A stretch of DNA of 64,000 nucleotides. Source: a virus (lineage: Duplodnaviria; Caudoviricetes). Every line of letters starts with the position of its first letter. Within the stretch, counting starts at the first letter, position 1. This document shows positions 18,198 through 27,335 of this stretch, piece after piece. Location: IMG/VR virus record IMGVR_UViG_3300002026_000017, positions 19,645 to 83,644 of that record; one strand, 5' to 3'. The translations under genes were made by a program, and so were the position numbers. Below the pieces are notes generated by a model that did no database searches, was not told the DNA's origin, and saw only the letters and a program-made list of their open reading frames with translations.

Positions 18198-19631
18198 TTA
18201 ATATAATTTATGATTATTTATATAAGCATTCAAATTCGTTAAATTATTATCTAATTTATCTGAAAGATTTTTTCTTGTTTCATTTAATTTATCAAAAGCT
18301 GGTGAATTTTCTTCAGCAATTTTTAATAAATTATCTGTTTCAATAATAGCTTGATTTAATCCATCTTGTTCTTCATTTAATTTTTGTATATTATTAAATT
18401 TATCTGATGTAAATTGTTTTTCAATTTCTAATTGACTTTCAAATAATCCAACCAATTTATGATTTAAAATTTTATTACAGTTTTCATTTAATACAATATA
18501 ACTTTCAAATAATTGTGTTTCATTTAAACCAGTACCAGAAATTATTTTTGGTGTCCCTTTTGAATTAGGTTCTAAAACAACATAAGTATTTTCATTTAGA
18601 TTTCTTATGGTTTTCAAATTATCGATTTTAATAAGTTTATTATGATTTTCAGTTAATAAAATCATATTATCAGCATCTCTAATATATGCTTGTTTATTAA
18701 AATTTGGAAATTTTGTTGTATAAATATCAATAGATTCCATTAAAAATGGAATAATATCTCCTTTATTAATTGTTGATATTACTTCACTATTTTCATTGAG
18801 AATATTTAATTCTCCATTTTTGGTTAATTTCAAATCAAAATCCCATTTTTCGTTTAATGAAAAATGTTCTTCAATTGGATTATATGTTAATTGTTGAATA
18901 GCAGACATCATTCTTTTATGTGAATCAGGAATATTTAATTCAGCTAATTCATTACCAGGAATACGATTAAATTCTTTTGTTTCCCTATTTATTGATAAAA
19001 CATCTGATTCAGTTAATAATAACATTCTATTATTTTTAATATCTTCCATGCTTATTGCAACTGGAGAATACATAATTAAACTATCATTAACTAATGTTTG
19101 ATTATTTTCATTAATAACCATTGTTACTTTCGCTGGCTCTTTTAAAATTTTATTTTTACCATCCGGTATTAATTCTGATTTAATATCCATTAATAAATTA
19201 GATTGTAATTTATCAAGCAAACCATTTTTTATTCCTTGTTCTATAATTGATGGTGTTTCATTAAATAATGATTCAAAATCTTTTATTGTATCTTCAACAG
19301 ATGGAAAACCTGCTCTGTGCATTTCTTTGAAATGTTCTTCTTTAGCTAAATTAACTAAGAAATTCAAATCACCACCATTAACGGTTCCTTTAATGAAATT
19401 AATAACATCAGTAAATTTTGCATCATTTGGAGCTAATTTTTCTGCATTTGTTGTAAATTCTCTTAAATCCATCATTGGTGTTTTGGATTCATTTAAAGTT
19501 GTTAACATATTCGACAAAACATTATTACCAGCTATTGTATTAGCTTTTTCGTTTTGTATTTTATTAGCTATTTGAGAAACTATCCCAGCGTAACTATTAG
19601 GTCCTAAATAATCTATAATCATTGAATCCAT
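18198..19631 (-). CDS. Hypothetical, probable internal head protein
   Basis: 477 aa with at least a dozen [LI]-x-E-[SNT] motifs; C-terminal coiled coil. Confidence 0.6.
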   Translation of the reverse strand: MDSMIIDYLGPNSYAGIVSQIANKIQNEKANTIAGNNVLSNMLTTLNESKTPMMDLREFTTNAEKLAPNDAKFTDVINFIKGTVNGGDLNFLVNLAKEEHFKEMHRAGFPSVEDTIKDFESLFNETPSIIEQGIKNGLLDKLQSNLLMDIKSELIPDGKNKILKEPAKVTMVINENNQTLVNDSLIMYSPVAISMEDIKNNRMLLLTESDVLSINRETKEFNRIPGNELAELNIPDSHKRMMSAIQQLTYNPIEEHFSLNEKWDFDLKLTKNGELNILNENSEVISTINKGDIIPFLMESIDIYTTKFPNFNKQAYIRDADNMILLTENHNKLIKIDNLKTIRNLNENTYVVLEPNSKGTPKIISGTGLNETQLFESYIVLNENCNKILNHKLVGLFESQLEIEKQFTSDKFNNIQKLNEEQDGLNQAIIETDNLLKIAEENSPAFDKLNETRKNLSDKLDNNLTNLNAYINNHKLY

Positions 19632-20932
19632 TAGAATTTTATTTTTTTTACGTTAATTAAAAAGTTTTGAACATCTTTGTCTGTTATTGTTTTTTCCTCA
19701 GATATATATTTTAATACAGATTTAACTAAAATCATATTTAACATTTTATTCCAATCCGGTTCAGGTAATCCTGGAACTTTATTTATATCTATATCATCTG
19801 GAACACCAACAACACCATCTTTACCATAATAAAAACACATTTTTTGTCCCTCAAAAGGCAATGTATAATTATTTTGTAAATTATTTTTTTCTAAAAAATT
19901 ATACCAAAACAAAGCTATTTTATGTTGAATATGATTTTTTGTACTTACATATATACCATCTGAGTTTTTAGAAATATTTTTTAATCCACTAACCGAAGTA
20001 TTTTTGTAAATAAAATCTTTTTCAGCTCTTTCTTTAATATATTTTATCAGTTTTAAAATTTCTATTCTTATTTGGTCTTCAGTGTAATCTTCAATCATAA
20101 ATTTATCAACTAGGATTTTTATGATTTTTTTGATACGTTTATTTAATTCACCTTTTTTAAGTTCAACACCAACAACTTTCATTGATGGTTCCTTTAAAAG
20201 TTTTCCATCTTTCCAAATAACTGATAAAACATATTTTTTCTTAGCTTGAAATACACATTTTCTTGTTGTAACTTCATGGGCCATTTTTAAAAAACCCTTA
20301 GTTGCGTTACGATATTCAATATCTTTATCAAGAGTATTTTTTATTATATTATTTATGAAATTATCCATTAAAAATATACAAAAATTTGCTAATTCTTCAT
20401 TTCCTGAAACAGAATTTTCGGGTATTTTTAATGATTCATTTTCATTTACCATTAAAAATGAATATATTTTTTCAATATCTATATATCTTGAATCCGTATC
20501 CCCATAACAACATAGGTCATTTATTGTATCTCTTTTATATTCAGTAAATTTTTTTAATGAATTAACTTGGGGATAAAATTGTTGAATTATTTTTAAATCA
20601 TTTTCTTCCCAATATTTGAAAAATTCATTTATCGCAATATCAACAATAACACAAGAATGTTTACCTGATGTTGTTATATCTTCAGCACAATCAAAATCTC
20701 CAAGACTAAAATAAATACTTCCAGAAGTACCATATAAAGAGTTAGCATCTTTTTTAACTATTAACTCCAAATTTTTATAAACTTGTTGTGTTTCTTTTGC
20801 TTTATTTAAAAGATTTTTTAATTCTTCTTTTGAAAGAGAATTTAAGTATTCATCATTTTCCGTTAATTTTTTTAAATCAAAAAATTGTTGTGAAAATAAA
20901 TCAGTATTTTTTAATTGAGTATTTGTTTCCAT
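19631..20932 (-). CDS. gp43B: Family B DNA polymerase, C-terminal subunit (motifs B and C, thumb)
   Basis: KKDANSLYG (motif B), YGDTDS (motif C), KKKYV, KVVGVE; lacks exonuclease and motif A. Confidence 0.92.
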   Translation of the reverse strand: METNTQLKNTDLFSQQFFDLKKLTENDEYLNSLSKEELKNLLNKAKETQQVYKNLELIVKKDANSLYGTSGSIYFSLGDFDCAEDITTSGKHSCVIVDIAINEFFKYWEENDLKIIQQFYPQVNSLKKFTEYKRDTINDLCCYGDTDSRYIDIEKIYSFLMVNENESLKIPENSVSGNEELANFCIFLMDNFINNIIKNTLDKDIEYRNATKGFLKMAHEVTTRKCVFQAKKKYVLSVIWKDGKLLKEPSMKVVGVELKKGELNKRIKKIIKILVDKFMIEDYTEDQIRIEILKLIKYIKERAEKDFIYKNTSVSGLKNISKNSDGIYVSTKNHIQHKIALFWYNFLEKNNLQNNYTLPFEGQKMCFYYGKDGVVGVPDDIDINKVPGLPEPDWNKMLNMILVKSVLKYISEEKTITDKDVQNFLINVKKIKF

Positions 20933-20943
20933 TCAAAAAATTA

Positions 20944-21894
20944 TTAATCTAAATCATCTATATATTGGGATAATTGTAATGAATCAATTGTGTCTTCATC
21001 AAAATTATCTTCAGTATTTTGATGATTTTCACCAACTTTTGTTGACATACACCAAATAATACTTTTACCATAAGTACTGCCAAAAATAACTTTTTGTGTT
21101 TGATTATTTGTAAAAATACTAAATGTATGGTCACCAATTAAACTAAAATCGGATTTCAATATATTGAAAGATATATTTTCATCAATAGTATGTTTATTTT
21201 CATTATCAAATTCTAATGAAAATACTTTGTCTTTGATAATTATTTTATCTTTTGAAATTTCAAAAGATAAAAAAGCTGTATTATCAACAGTTGATTTATG
21301 TAATTTTTTTACTAGACTTCTTGTTTCTGTAATTTGTTTATTATTTAAAACAAATTCAAACATTTCTTTATCTGGAGTACATTCTTTAAGAATTTCCTGA
21401 TAATCTGAAATTTTATTTGTAATTAATTCCTCTGTTGTTAATAGAAATTCTGTTTCTAACGGAGCTCCTGATTCAGATTTACCATTAATTATTATTGATG
21501 ATGCTTGTAATTTATTTTCAACAGTAACTAAATTAAATGTTAAGTCTACAGATGAAGTTATTGAAAATACACTCATATAATTTTTAAATAAATCACCCCT
21601 AAGTATATAAAAATTAAAATCAGGAATTTTTGGAATTTCTAATTTTATTTCTGTTGTTAAAGAACTAATATCATTAATATCAATATCATTTTGTTCCTTA
21701 TTTTGTTGTAATATTAAATTTTCTGTTGGTATTGTCCATAATTTTATTAAACTTTTTGTTTGTGAAAAAGAACAACTTTTAAGCATATTATTATTAAATT
21801 CTAGCATTAATTGTGGAGTAACTCTTAGTGCTTGATTTAATAAATTACCAAATAATGATAAATTAAAATTTTTAATTTGGATTGAATTATTCAT
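20944..21894 (-). CDS. Sliding clamp (PCNA/gp45-like)
   Basis: Twice-repeated strand-helix-strands pattern resembling PCNA (LSLFGNLLNQALRVTPQLMLEFNNNMLKSCSFSQTKSLIKLWTIP); adjacent to PolB; acidic tail. Confidence 0.6.
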   Translation of the reverse strand: MNNSIQIKNFNLSLFGNLLNQALRVTPQLMLEFNNNMLKSCSFSQTKSLIKLWTIPTENLILQQNKEQNDIDINDISSLTTEIKLEIPKIPDFNFYILRGDLFKNYMSVFSITSSVDLTFNLVTVENKLQASSIIINGKSESGAPLETEFLLTTEELITNKISDYQEILKECTPDKEMFEFVLNNKQITETRSLVKKLHKSTVDNTAFLSFEISKDKIIIKDKVFSLEFDNENKHTIDENISFNILKSDFSLIGDHTFSIFTNNQTQKVIFGSTYGKSIIWCMSTKVGENHQNTEDNFDEDTIDSLQLSQYIDDLD

Positions 21895-21939
21895 AAAATA
21901 TTATTTGAATTATTGGGATTATTAAAAATATTTGAAATA

Positions 21940-21977
21940 AGGAATTTTGGATATAAATATTTATATCCAAAATTCCT
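21940..21977. promoter_or_regulatory. Perfect 38-bp palindrome with TATAAATA on both strands
   Basis: aggaattttggatataaat|atttatatccaaaattcct, intergenic between the acidic-repeat gene and the clamp gene. Confidence 0.75.
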
Positions 21978-21996
21978 AAAAATTTATAAGTCGAAA

Positions 21997-22476
21997 TTAT
22001 TTTTCAAATTTTTCGATTAATAATTTCATTATTTTATAATGATTTGCATTAACTAATGAATCTGATGCTTTAAATTCCAAATAAAATTCTTTTAAATTTT
22101 CTTCAGTAAATTCACCTTTTAAATGTCTACCACAACTTAAATAATTGAAATAATTTTCAGATTTCAATAATCTTGAAAGTTCATCACTTTCAACTAATTC
22201 TTCTGTTTCTTCTGTTTCTGGAGTTTCTACTGATTCTTCTGTTTCTGGTGTTTCTACTGATTCTTCTGTTTCTGGAGTTTCTACTGTTTCTGGAGTTTCT
22301 TCAACAACTGGAGTTTCTTCAACAACTGGAGTTTCTTCAACAACTGGAGTTTCTGATTCCATTTTAAATGTTTCATCAACAATTTCAGACATTTTATCAA
22401 ATGTTTGTTCTGTTGTTTTTTCTATTGTTGTTGGGTTTCCTGTGTGTTGTTGGGTTTCAATTTTTTTCTTTGCCAT
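21997..22476 (-). CDS. Hypothetical protein with acidic ETPVVE/ETPETEESV repeats
   Basis: 159 aa; disordered acidic N-half and small helical C-domain. Confidence 0.75.
   Translation of the reverse strand: MAKKKIETQQHTGNPTTIEKTTEQTFDKMSEIVDETFKMESETPVVEETPVVEETPVVEETPETVETPETEESVETPETEESVETPETEETEELVESDELSRLLKSENYFNYLSCGRHLKGEFTEENLKEFYLEFKASDSLVNANHYKIMKLLIEKFEK
22200..22354. repeat. Coding tandem repeats (18-nt x3 and 27-nt x2)
   Basis: tggagtttcttcaacaac at 22291, 22309, 22327; adjacent 27-nt units. Confidence 0.85.
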
Positions 22477-22517
22477 GATAATATAATTTATTTGTTATTG
22501 ATTTTTATTGATTTTTA

Positions 22518-22997
22518 TTAATATCCATTTTTTTGACGATTCCTATTTTCTTCATTTTTTGCAAAATAATAATTAAATAGTTCTTCTGTTGTCATTCCAA
22601 CAGCGTGCATTTCATTGAATAAAAAATGTAAATGGTCAATAAGTTCCATTTTTAATTCAATTTTATCTGAATCAGACATTTCATTAAATGTCATATTTTC
22701 AGCTTGTTTATGTGTTGATTTCCAAGGCTTCCAAATACCTGAACCAATACCATCTTTAACACCACCAAGAGCCTCCATAGCTTCTCGCATTTCATCTTGA
22801 ATAGCATGATAATTCCAATCAAAAAATTCACGCATTTTTGATAATGGACCTAACCGCATACTTCTGAAATTATAACCGTATACATTTTCTTGTATATCTT
22901 TTTGTAATTCAAAAAGGTCCTTTAAAGTATTTTTTGATTCCGAATATAAATCTTTTATTTCAAGATTTGAACAAACAGCTTGATTATTATTTGACAT
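22518..22997 (-). CDS. gp56: Dimeric all-alpha dCTP/dUTP pyrophosphatase (T4 gp56-like)
   Basis: IQDEMREAMEALG...IWKPWK...EMSDSDKIELKMELIDHLHFLFN...GMTTEELFNYYFAKNEENRNRQKNGY closely parallels T4 gp56 as recalled. Confidence 0.88.
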   Translation of the reverse strand: MSNNNQAVCSNLEIKDLYSESKNTLKDLFELQKDIQENVYGYNFRSMRLGPLSKMREFFDWNYHAIQDEMREAMEALGGVKDGIGSGIWKPWKSTHKQAENMTFNEMSDSDKIELKMELIDHLHFLFNEMHAVGMTTEELFNYYFAKNEENRNRQKNGY

Positions 22998-23008
22998 ATT
23001 ATTTAATT

Positions 23009-24526
23009 TTATTTTTCTTGGATTAATTTTTCTAATTTTGGTATAATATTAAGGTATATTTCTTCAGCATGACCTTTAAATATTTTTCTTTGTGCCAGTA
23101 ATTTTTTTTCAACTCTAATAAAAACACCATCAGTCCTATTATCATATATTTGTCCTCTTGGTGTTAAAGTAAAATTTTGAGATTTATATTCTTGCCATTT
23201 TTTTTCTTCTTTTTCATTAATAGGTCTACCTAATTCCTTATCCATTATAAGGAAATCAATTTTTCTTTCAGGTGAAATACCATTTGTAATCATTGAATTT
23301 GGATATAATCCAGAAAAATCAACACCAAGACCTAAATTAATAATTTTTTTAGTTGGTGATTTTACATAACCACCTTGATAAGGTCTTTTTGTTGTTTCAT
23401 TAAATTCAGCTTCCAAAAAGAAAATATTTTCATTTCTTAATTCATTATATATTAAAGCTTCAGATATTGAATTTTGTGAAATTTTCATAAATGGAACTCC
23501 GTTAAAATAACTTTCAAAAAAATCAACATTATATAAATTAGTTGTTTTGTGAATTAACATAACTAAAATAGTATCAATTAAAGCATAAGCAACAAATTTA
23601 TTTGGATTTTCTCTATATAATGAACGTAAATTTCCATCATACATTATTTTATTTAATCCAAGAATTAAATTAGCTATATTTGTAAGTGCATAAGAATCCA
23701 AACTATTATAGATTAATGAATCTTTAAATAATTGCATATAATCGATAATAATTCTATGTGCTGGAAAATCTACAGTTATTTCACTTTCATCTCTTAATGT
23801 AAATTTTTTCTTAATAACTTTATGTATTGGAGATGCTTTTTTAATATCAATACCTAAATTCTTACATCTATTAAATATATAAACCCAATCAAATGTTGTA
23901 AAATTCCATCCTATTTGTGAATGTAAATATTTATCAACACATTCAAGAAAAACATTTAACATTTCAATTTCAGATTCAAATGTCCTAATTTTAAAATCAT
24001 AAGAATATTTATCCTTATGTTCACCAAGACTTGAAAGTACCATATTTTTAATACTTTCTAAGTCATTATCTGTTATTTCAGTTTTTCTATTCGGATTTTT
24101 TAATTCAAATAAAATAGAGTTTAAATTAATATCTGTAAATGATATTGATAATATTTTATTTTCAGCTTTTTCAGGAGTTGAATACCCATATTCATCTGTT
24201 ATATCTGTTTCAATATCAACTGAAAATGGATTTGGCATTAATAATTTAGATGTTTTTTCATAAATTAATGGTTGTTCATTTTTTAATTCATTATTAAAAA
24301 ATTCATTAACATTATGATTACTAAAATATTTAGATGTTTCTCGCTTAATAAAACTATTATTTTTAAATGAACGTAAATTTGGAATTATATCCTTATCAAA
24401 ACTTTCAGCTTTAACATATTTATAATATCCAAATTTTAATGGTGATGTTATTATTTCTATTTGATTTTTTTCATTTACAAATGAAATATCAATAGATTCT
24501 TTATTTTGAGTATAATCAATAATCAT
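23009..24526 (-). CDS. gp43A: Family B DNA polymerase, N-terminal subunit (3'-5' exonuclease, motif A, first finger helix)
   Basis: ExoI FSVDIETD, ExoII GWNFTTFDWVYI, ExoIII YALID, YQGGYV, motif A VDFSGLYPNSMITNGISPE; ends just after KKLLAQRKIFK. Confidence 0.92.
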   Translation of the reverse strand: MIIDYTQNKESIDISFVNEKNQIEIITSPLKFGYYKYVKAESFDKDIIPNLRSFKNNSFIKRETSKYFSNHNVNEFFNNELKNEQPLIYEKTSKLLMPNPFSVDIETDITDEYGYSTPEKAENKILSISFTDINLNSILFELKNPNRKTEITDNDLESIKNMVLSSLGEHKDKYSYDFKIRTFESEIEMLNVFLECVDKYLHSQIGWNFTTFDWVYIFNRCKNLGIDIKKASPIHKVIKKKFTLRDESEITVDFPAHRIIIDYMQLFKDSLIYNSLDSYALTNIANLILGLNKIMYDGNLRSLYRENPNKFVAYALIDTILVMLIHKTTNLYNVDFFESYFNGVPFMKISQNSISEALIYNELRNENIFFLEAEFNETTKRPYQGGYVKSPTKKIINLGLGVDFSGLYPNSMITNGISPERKIDFLIMDKELGRPINEKEEKKWQEYKSQNFTLTPRGQIYDNRTDGVFIRVEKKLLAQRKIFKGHAEEIYLNIIPKLEKLIQEK

Positions 24527-24553
24527 ATTTGATTTGATTTATTATTTACGTTT

Positions 24554-24730
24554 TTATTTTCCTTGTTGATTTCGTAATCTTTCAATTTCTTTATTTTGAG
24601 CATCCATAGCTTTTTTGTATGAAATATCATCTTGTGTGTGTCCTTTTAAATCTTCATTCAAAGGAACAATTTTTTCCTCCATTTTTTCTTCCATTTTTTC
24701 TTCCATTTTTTCGGATTTTGAATTTACCAT
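24554..24730 (-). CDS. 58-aa protein with MEEK x3 repeat (not in ORF track)
   Basis: Manual translation MVNSKSEKMEEKMEEKMEEKIVPLNEDLKGHTQDDISYKKAMDAQNKEIERLRNQQGK*; fills the intergenic gap exactly. Confidence 0.7.
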   Translation of the reverse strand: MVNSKSEKMEEKMEEKMEEKIVPLNEDLKGHTQDDISYKKAMDAQNKEIERLRNQQGK

Positions 24731-24734
24731 GTTT

Positions 24735-25568
24735 TTAAAATTTTGATGTTATTAATAAATTTCCTGTTATATTAAATTCAGATAATATATTTATTTCGTT
24801 ATTATCTACTATTTTTACTTTTAAATCGAAAATTTCATTTATTTCAGTAGTTATATTATTTATCCAAATTAATGCACTAATATAGGTTGAATTTAGATTA
24901 TGTGTTATTATGTTATTACCCAAACTTAAAGCATGTCCTTGAAAAAAAATAAAATTTTCAGATAATTTATATAAATTATTCATTAATGATAAATATAAAA
25001 TACCATTTATTGAATAATATCTATTATTTTCTAATGTTGATGGGAAATCATTTAATGATATTATTACATCTGATTTAGTTAAATCAGCTTTAAAAATATA
25101 ATTATTTAATCCCATTAAAATTAATTTATTTTCTTTTCTTAATTCTAATGGTATTGAATTTAATTCAACATCATCAATAACATTATAATTTCCTGAAAAA
25201 TATTCCCAATTAATACCGTTAAAAATAAATGTAACATTTAATGGATAAACTGTAACTAAATTACCTAATGTTGGATTGGTAGTATTTAATAAATTAATTA
25301 AATTTCCATAATCAGCGGATATATTAAATATACCATAAATTTGTCCATTTGTTAAAAATGTTTGAAAATCAATTGGATTATTCAAATCATTTAAAAATAA
25401 ATATAATTTATTTATATCTGTAATATGAAATATTAATCCAGAATATCTATTATTAATAGGTAGTTCATCATTTATATTTGCTAATGATGAAATTTTTAAT
25501 CTTGGGTCTAATGGATTTTGTGAATTTCTTGATAATCCATAAAATAAATATTTTGTTTGATTTTCCAT
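24735..25568 (-). CDS. Probable virion structural protein
   Basis: N-terminal LANINDELPINNRYSGLIFHI module resembles that of the 27263 gene; beta-rich C-end. Confidence 0.55.
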   Translation of the reverse strand: MENQTKYLFYGLSRNSQNPLDPRLKISSLANINDELPINNRYSGLIFHITDINKLYLFLNDLNNPIDFQTFLTNGQIYGIFNISADYGNLINLLNTTNPTLGNLVTVYPLNVTFIFNGINWEYFSGNYNVIDDVELNSIPLELRKENKLILMGLNNYIFKADLTKSDVIISLNDFPSTLENNRYYSINGILYLSLMNNLYKLSENFIFFQGHALSLGNNIITHNLNSTYISALIWINNITTEINEIFDLKVKIVDNNEINILSEFNITGNLLITSKF

Positions 25569-25569
25569 T

Positions 25570-26577
25570 TTAATTACGAATTTTAGTAAATTTTAATTCA
25601 CATAATTTTGATATATTATAATATCCCAAATCCACAACAACAAAATTATAAAGAATATTATCAATAGTTATTGCATTATCTAAAAGTAATGAAGTGTTAT
25701 TTTTTAATATTTCCCATGAAATTTCATGTTTTGTCCCACTAATAATACATTCAAAATCACTTGTTTTTTCATATATTGTTGATGGTATCAGGAAAATGTA
25801 TTTACTGTTATTATTTAGATATAAAGTATCTCCCTTAATAAATTGATAATTTCCTATATTATCAAAAATATCCAAATAATTTTCATTTGTTAATTCATAT
25901 CTTAAAATTGGATTTGTAATTTCAAATTTATTTTGTAAATATTTTAAAACATTAAAATCTAAATCATAATCTAATTGGAAATCTGGAGTAATAAAGTTAT
26001 TACCATAATTATCTTGTTTTATAACACTTGCTTGTTGAAATTTCTTTCTCAATATAATACCTGTTATATTAGGCAGTAATTCAAATGAAACATCAAATTC
26101 TCCTGAAACATCTGATGTACTATTTCCATCAAAAGAAACGGAAGAACCATCTAAATATTGAACAATTATACTTGGAACAATACCGGAAATTCTATCACTT
26201 GTATTTATTTCATAACTTATAAATAATTCAATATTATTATTATAATATGTTATTGCTTTATTTCCAGAATAATTTAATAAATTTGATATTTCAACATTTA
26301 TATTTTTAAATGTAGGATTTATATATGTTGGGTTTTTAACAGGATAAAATAAATCATCGAAAATGTCTTTAAATGATTTATTAAATAAATTTGGTAACCA
26401 GGGAAAGGAACTAGATATTGGAAATTGTGATGCTTTTGGAGTATCAAATTTTGTTGAAATATCAACATATTCTTTATTGGAAATATGTTTATTATCTACT
26501 GGTGTTTCCACTTTTGCAGATAAAATTTTGTTATTTCTAAAATCTAATGATTTATAAATTTTTTCTGGTATTTCCAT
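25570..26577 (-). CDS. Probable virion structural/fibre-base protein
   Basis: DNKHISNKEYVD fibre-type motif; beta-rich. Confidence 0.55.
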   Translation of the reverse strand: MEIPEKIYKSLDFRNNKILSAKVETPVDNKHISNKEYVDISTKFDTPKASQFPISSSFPWLPNLFNKSFKDIFDDLFYPVKNPTYINPTFKNINVEISNLLNYSGNKAITYYNNNIELFISYEINTSDRISGIVPSIIVQYLDGSSVSFDGNSTSDVSGEFDVSFELLPNITGIILRKKFQQASVIKQDNYGNNFITPDFQLDYDLDFNVLKYLQNKFEITNPILRYELTNENYLDIFDNIGNYQFIKGDTLYLNNNSKYIFLIPSTIYEKTSDFECIISGTKHEISWEILKNNTSLLLDNAITIDNILYNFVVVDLGYYNISKLCELKFTKIRN

Positions 26578-26591
26578 AATTATATTAAAAA

Positions 26592-27263
26592 TTATTTTAT
26601 GTTAACAACCCCTGTTAGTTGAATTGGTAATCCATTTTCTTCAAAAGAAATTTCATATGCCATTCCATTATTATTTGGTAAATCATCTCTTCTTTTTATA
26701 TATCCTTCAATGATTTCTGAATTTTCTATTTTAATTAATCCATCAATATCTAAAATATAATTATTTTCTAAATCGAAAACAAAAGTACATTTTAATATTT
26801 GAAAAATTGGATTTTTAATATCTGTAAAAAAAACAAAATTCGATACATTATTAAAAATATATCTTGATGTTATTTGTTCTCCTGTAATTAATAACCAATA
26901 AAGTGGATTATCTATAGGGTTAAAATTTAATGGAACATTTTGCAATGCTTTATAAATTTTACCTCCTAAATAAACTGTATCATCTTTAAACCATGTTTCT
27001 GTTGATTTATATTGTTCTAATACAAGTTTGTTTGTTTGTTTTTTCCAATGTGAAATTTGTGTTCCATCACCATCTGTAAGAAAATAATTGGATTCTTCAT
27101 TTCTTACCCAAATCATTTTATGTTCATAATTATAATTTAATGTTGTTAAATCGATAAGATTTTCAACAATTGAATTTTTAATTAATGGACCATTAAATAC
27201 AACCTCTAATTGAGCTATTTGTATTTGTGTTTTTAAAAATAATGTTTCTTGAGGTGTTGCCAT
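26592..27263 (-). CDS. Probable virion protein with CBM5/12-like module
   Basis: WFKDDTVYLGGKIYKALQNVPLNFNPIDNPLYW resembles small aromatic carbohydrate-binding modules. Confidence 0.55.
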   Translation of the reverse strand: MATPQETLFLKTQIQIAQLEVVFNGPLIKNSIVENLIDLTTLNYNYEHKMIWVRNEESNYFLTDGDGTQISHWKKQTNKLVLEQYKSTETWFKDDTVYLGGKIYKALQNVPLNFNPIDNPLYWLLITGEQITSRYIFNNVSNFVFFTDIKNPIFQILKCTFVFDLENNYILDIDGLIKIENSEIIEGYIKRRDDLPNNNGMAYEISFEENGLPIQLTGVVNIK

Positions 27264-27278
27264 TTTATATTTATTTAA

Positions 27279-27312
27279 TAAAATCCGGTAATTATTTAAT
27301 TACCGGATTTTA
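27279..27312 (-). terminator. Hairpin terminator after the 514-aa gene
   Basis: TAAAATCCGGTAATTA/TAATTACCGGATTTTA inverted repeat followed on the minus strand by TTAATAAAT; intergenic. Confidence 0.8.
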
Positions 27313-27335
27313 ATTTATTTATCAAATTTCAAATA

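Noticed and set aside
20933-23008. Split intein or group I intron joining the PolB halves
   Set aside because: No C/S-start Hint N-part or HN/HQ-ending C-part; the gap holds three ordinary genes and no intron-like RNA
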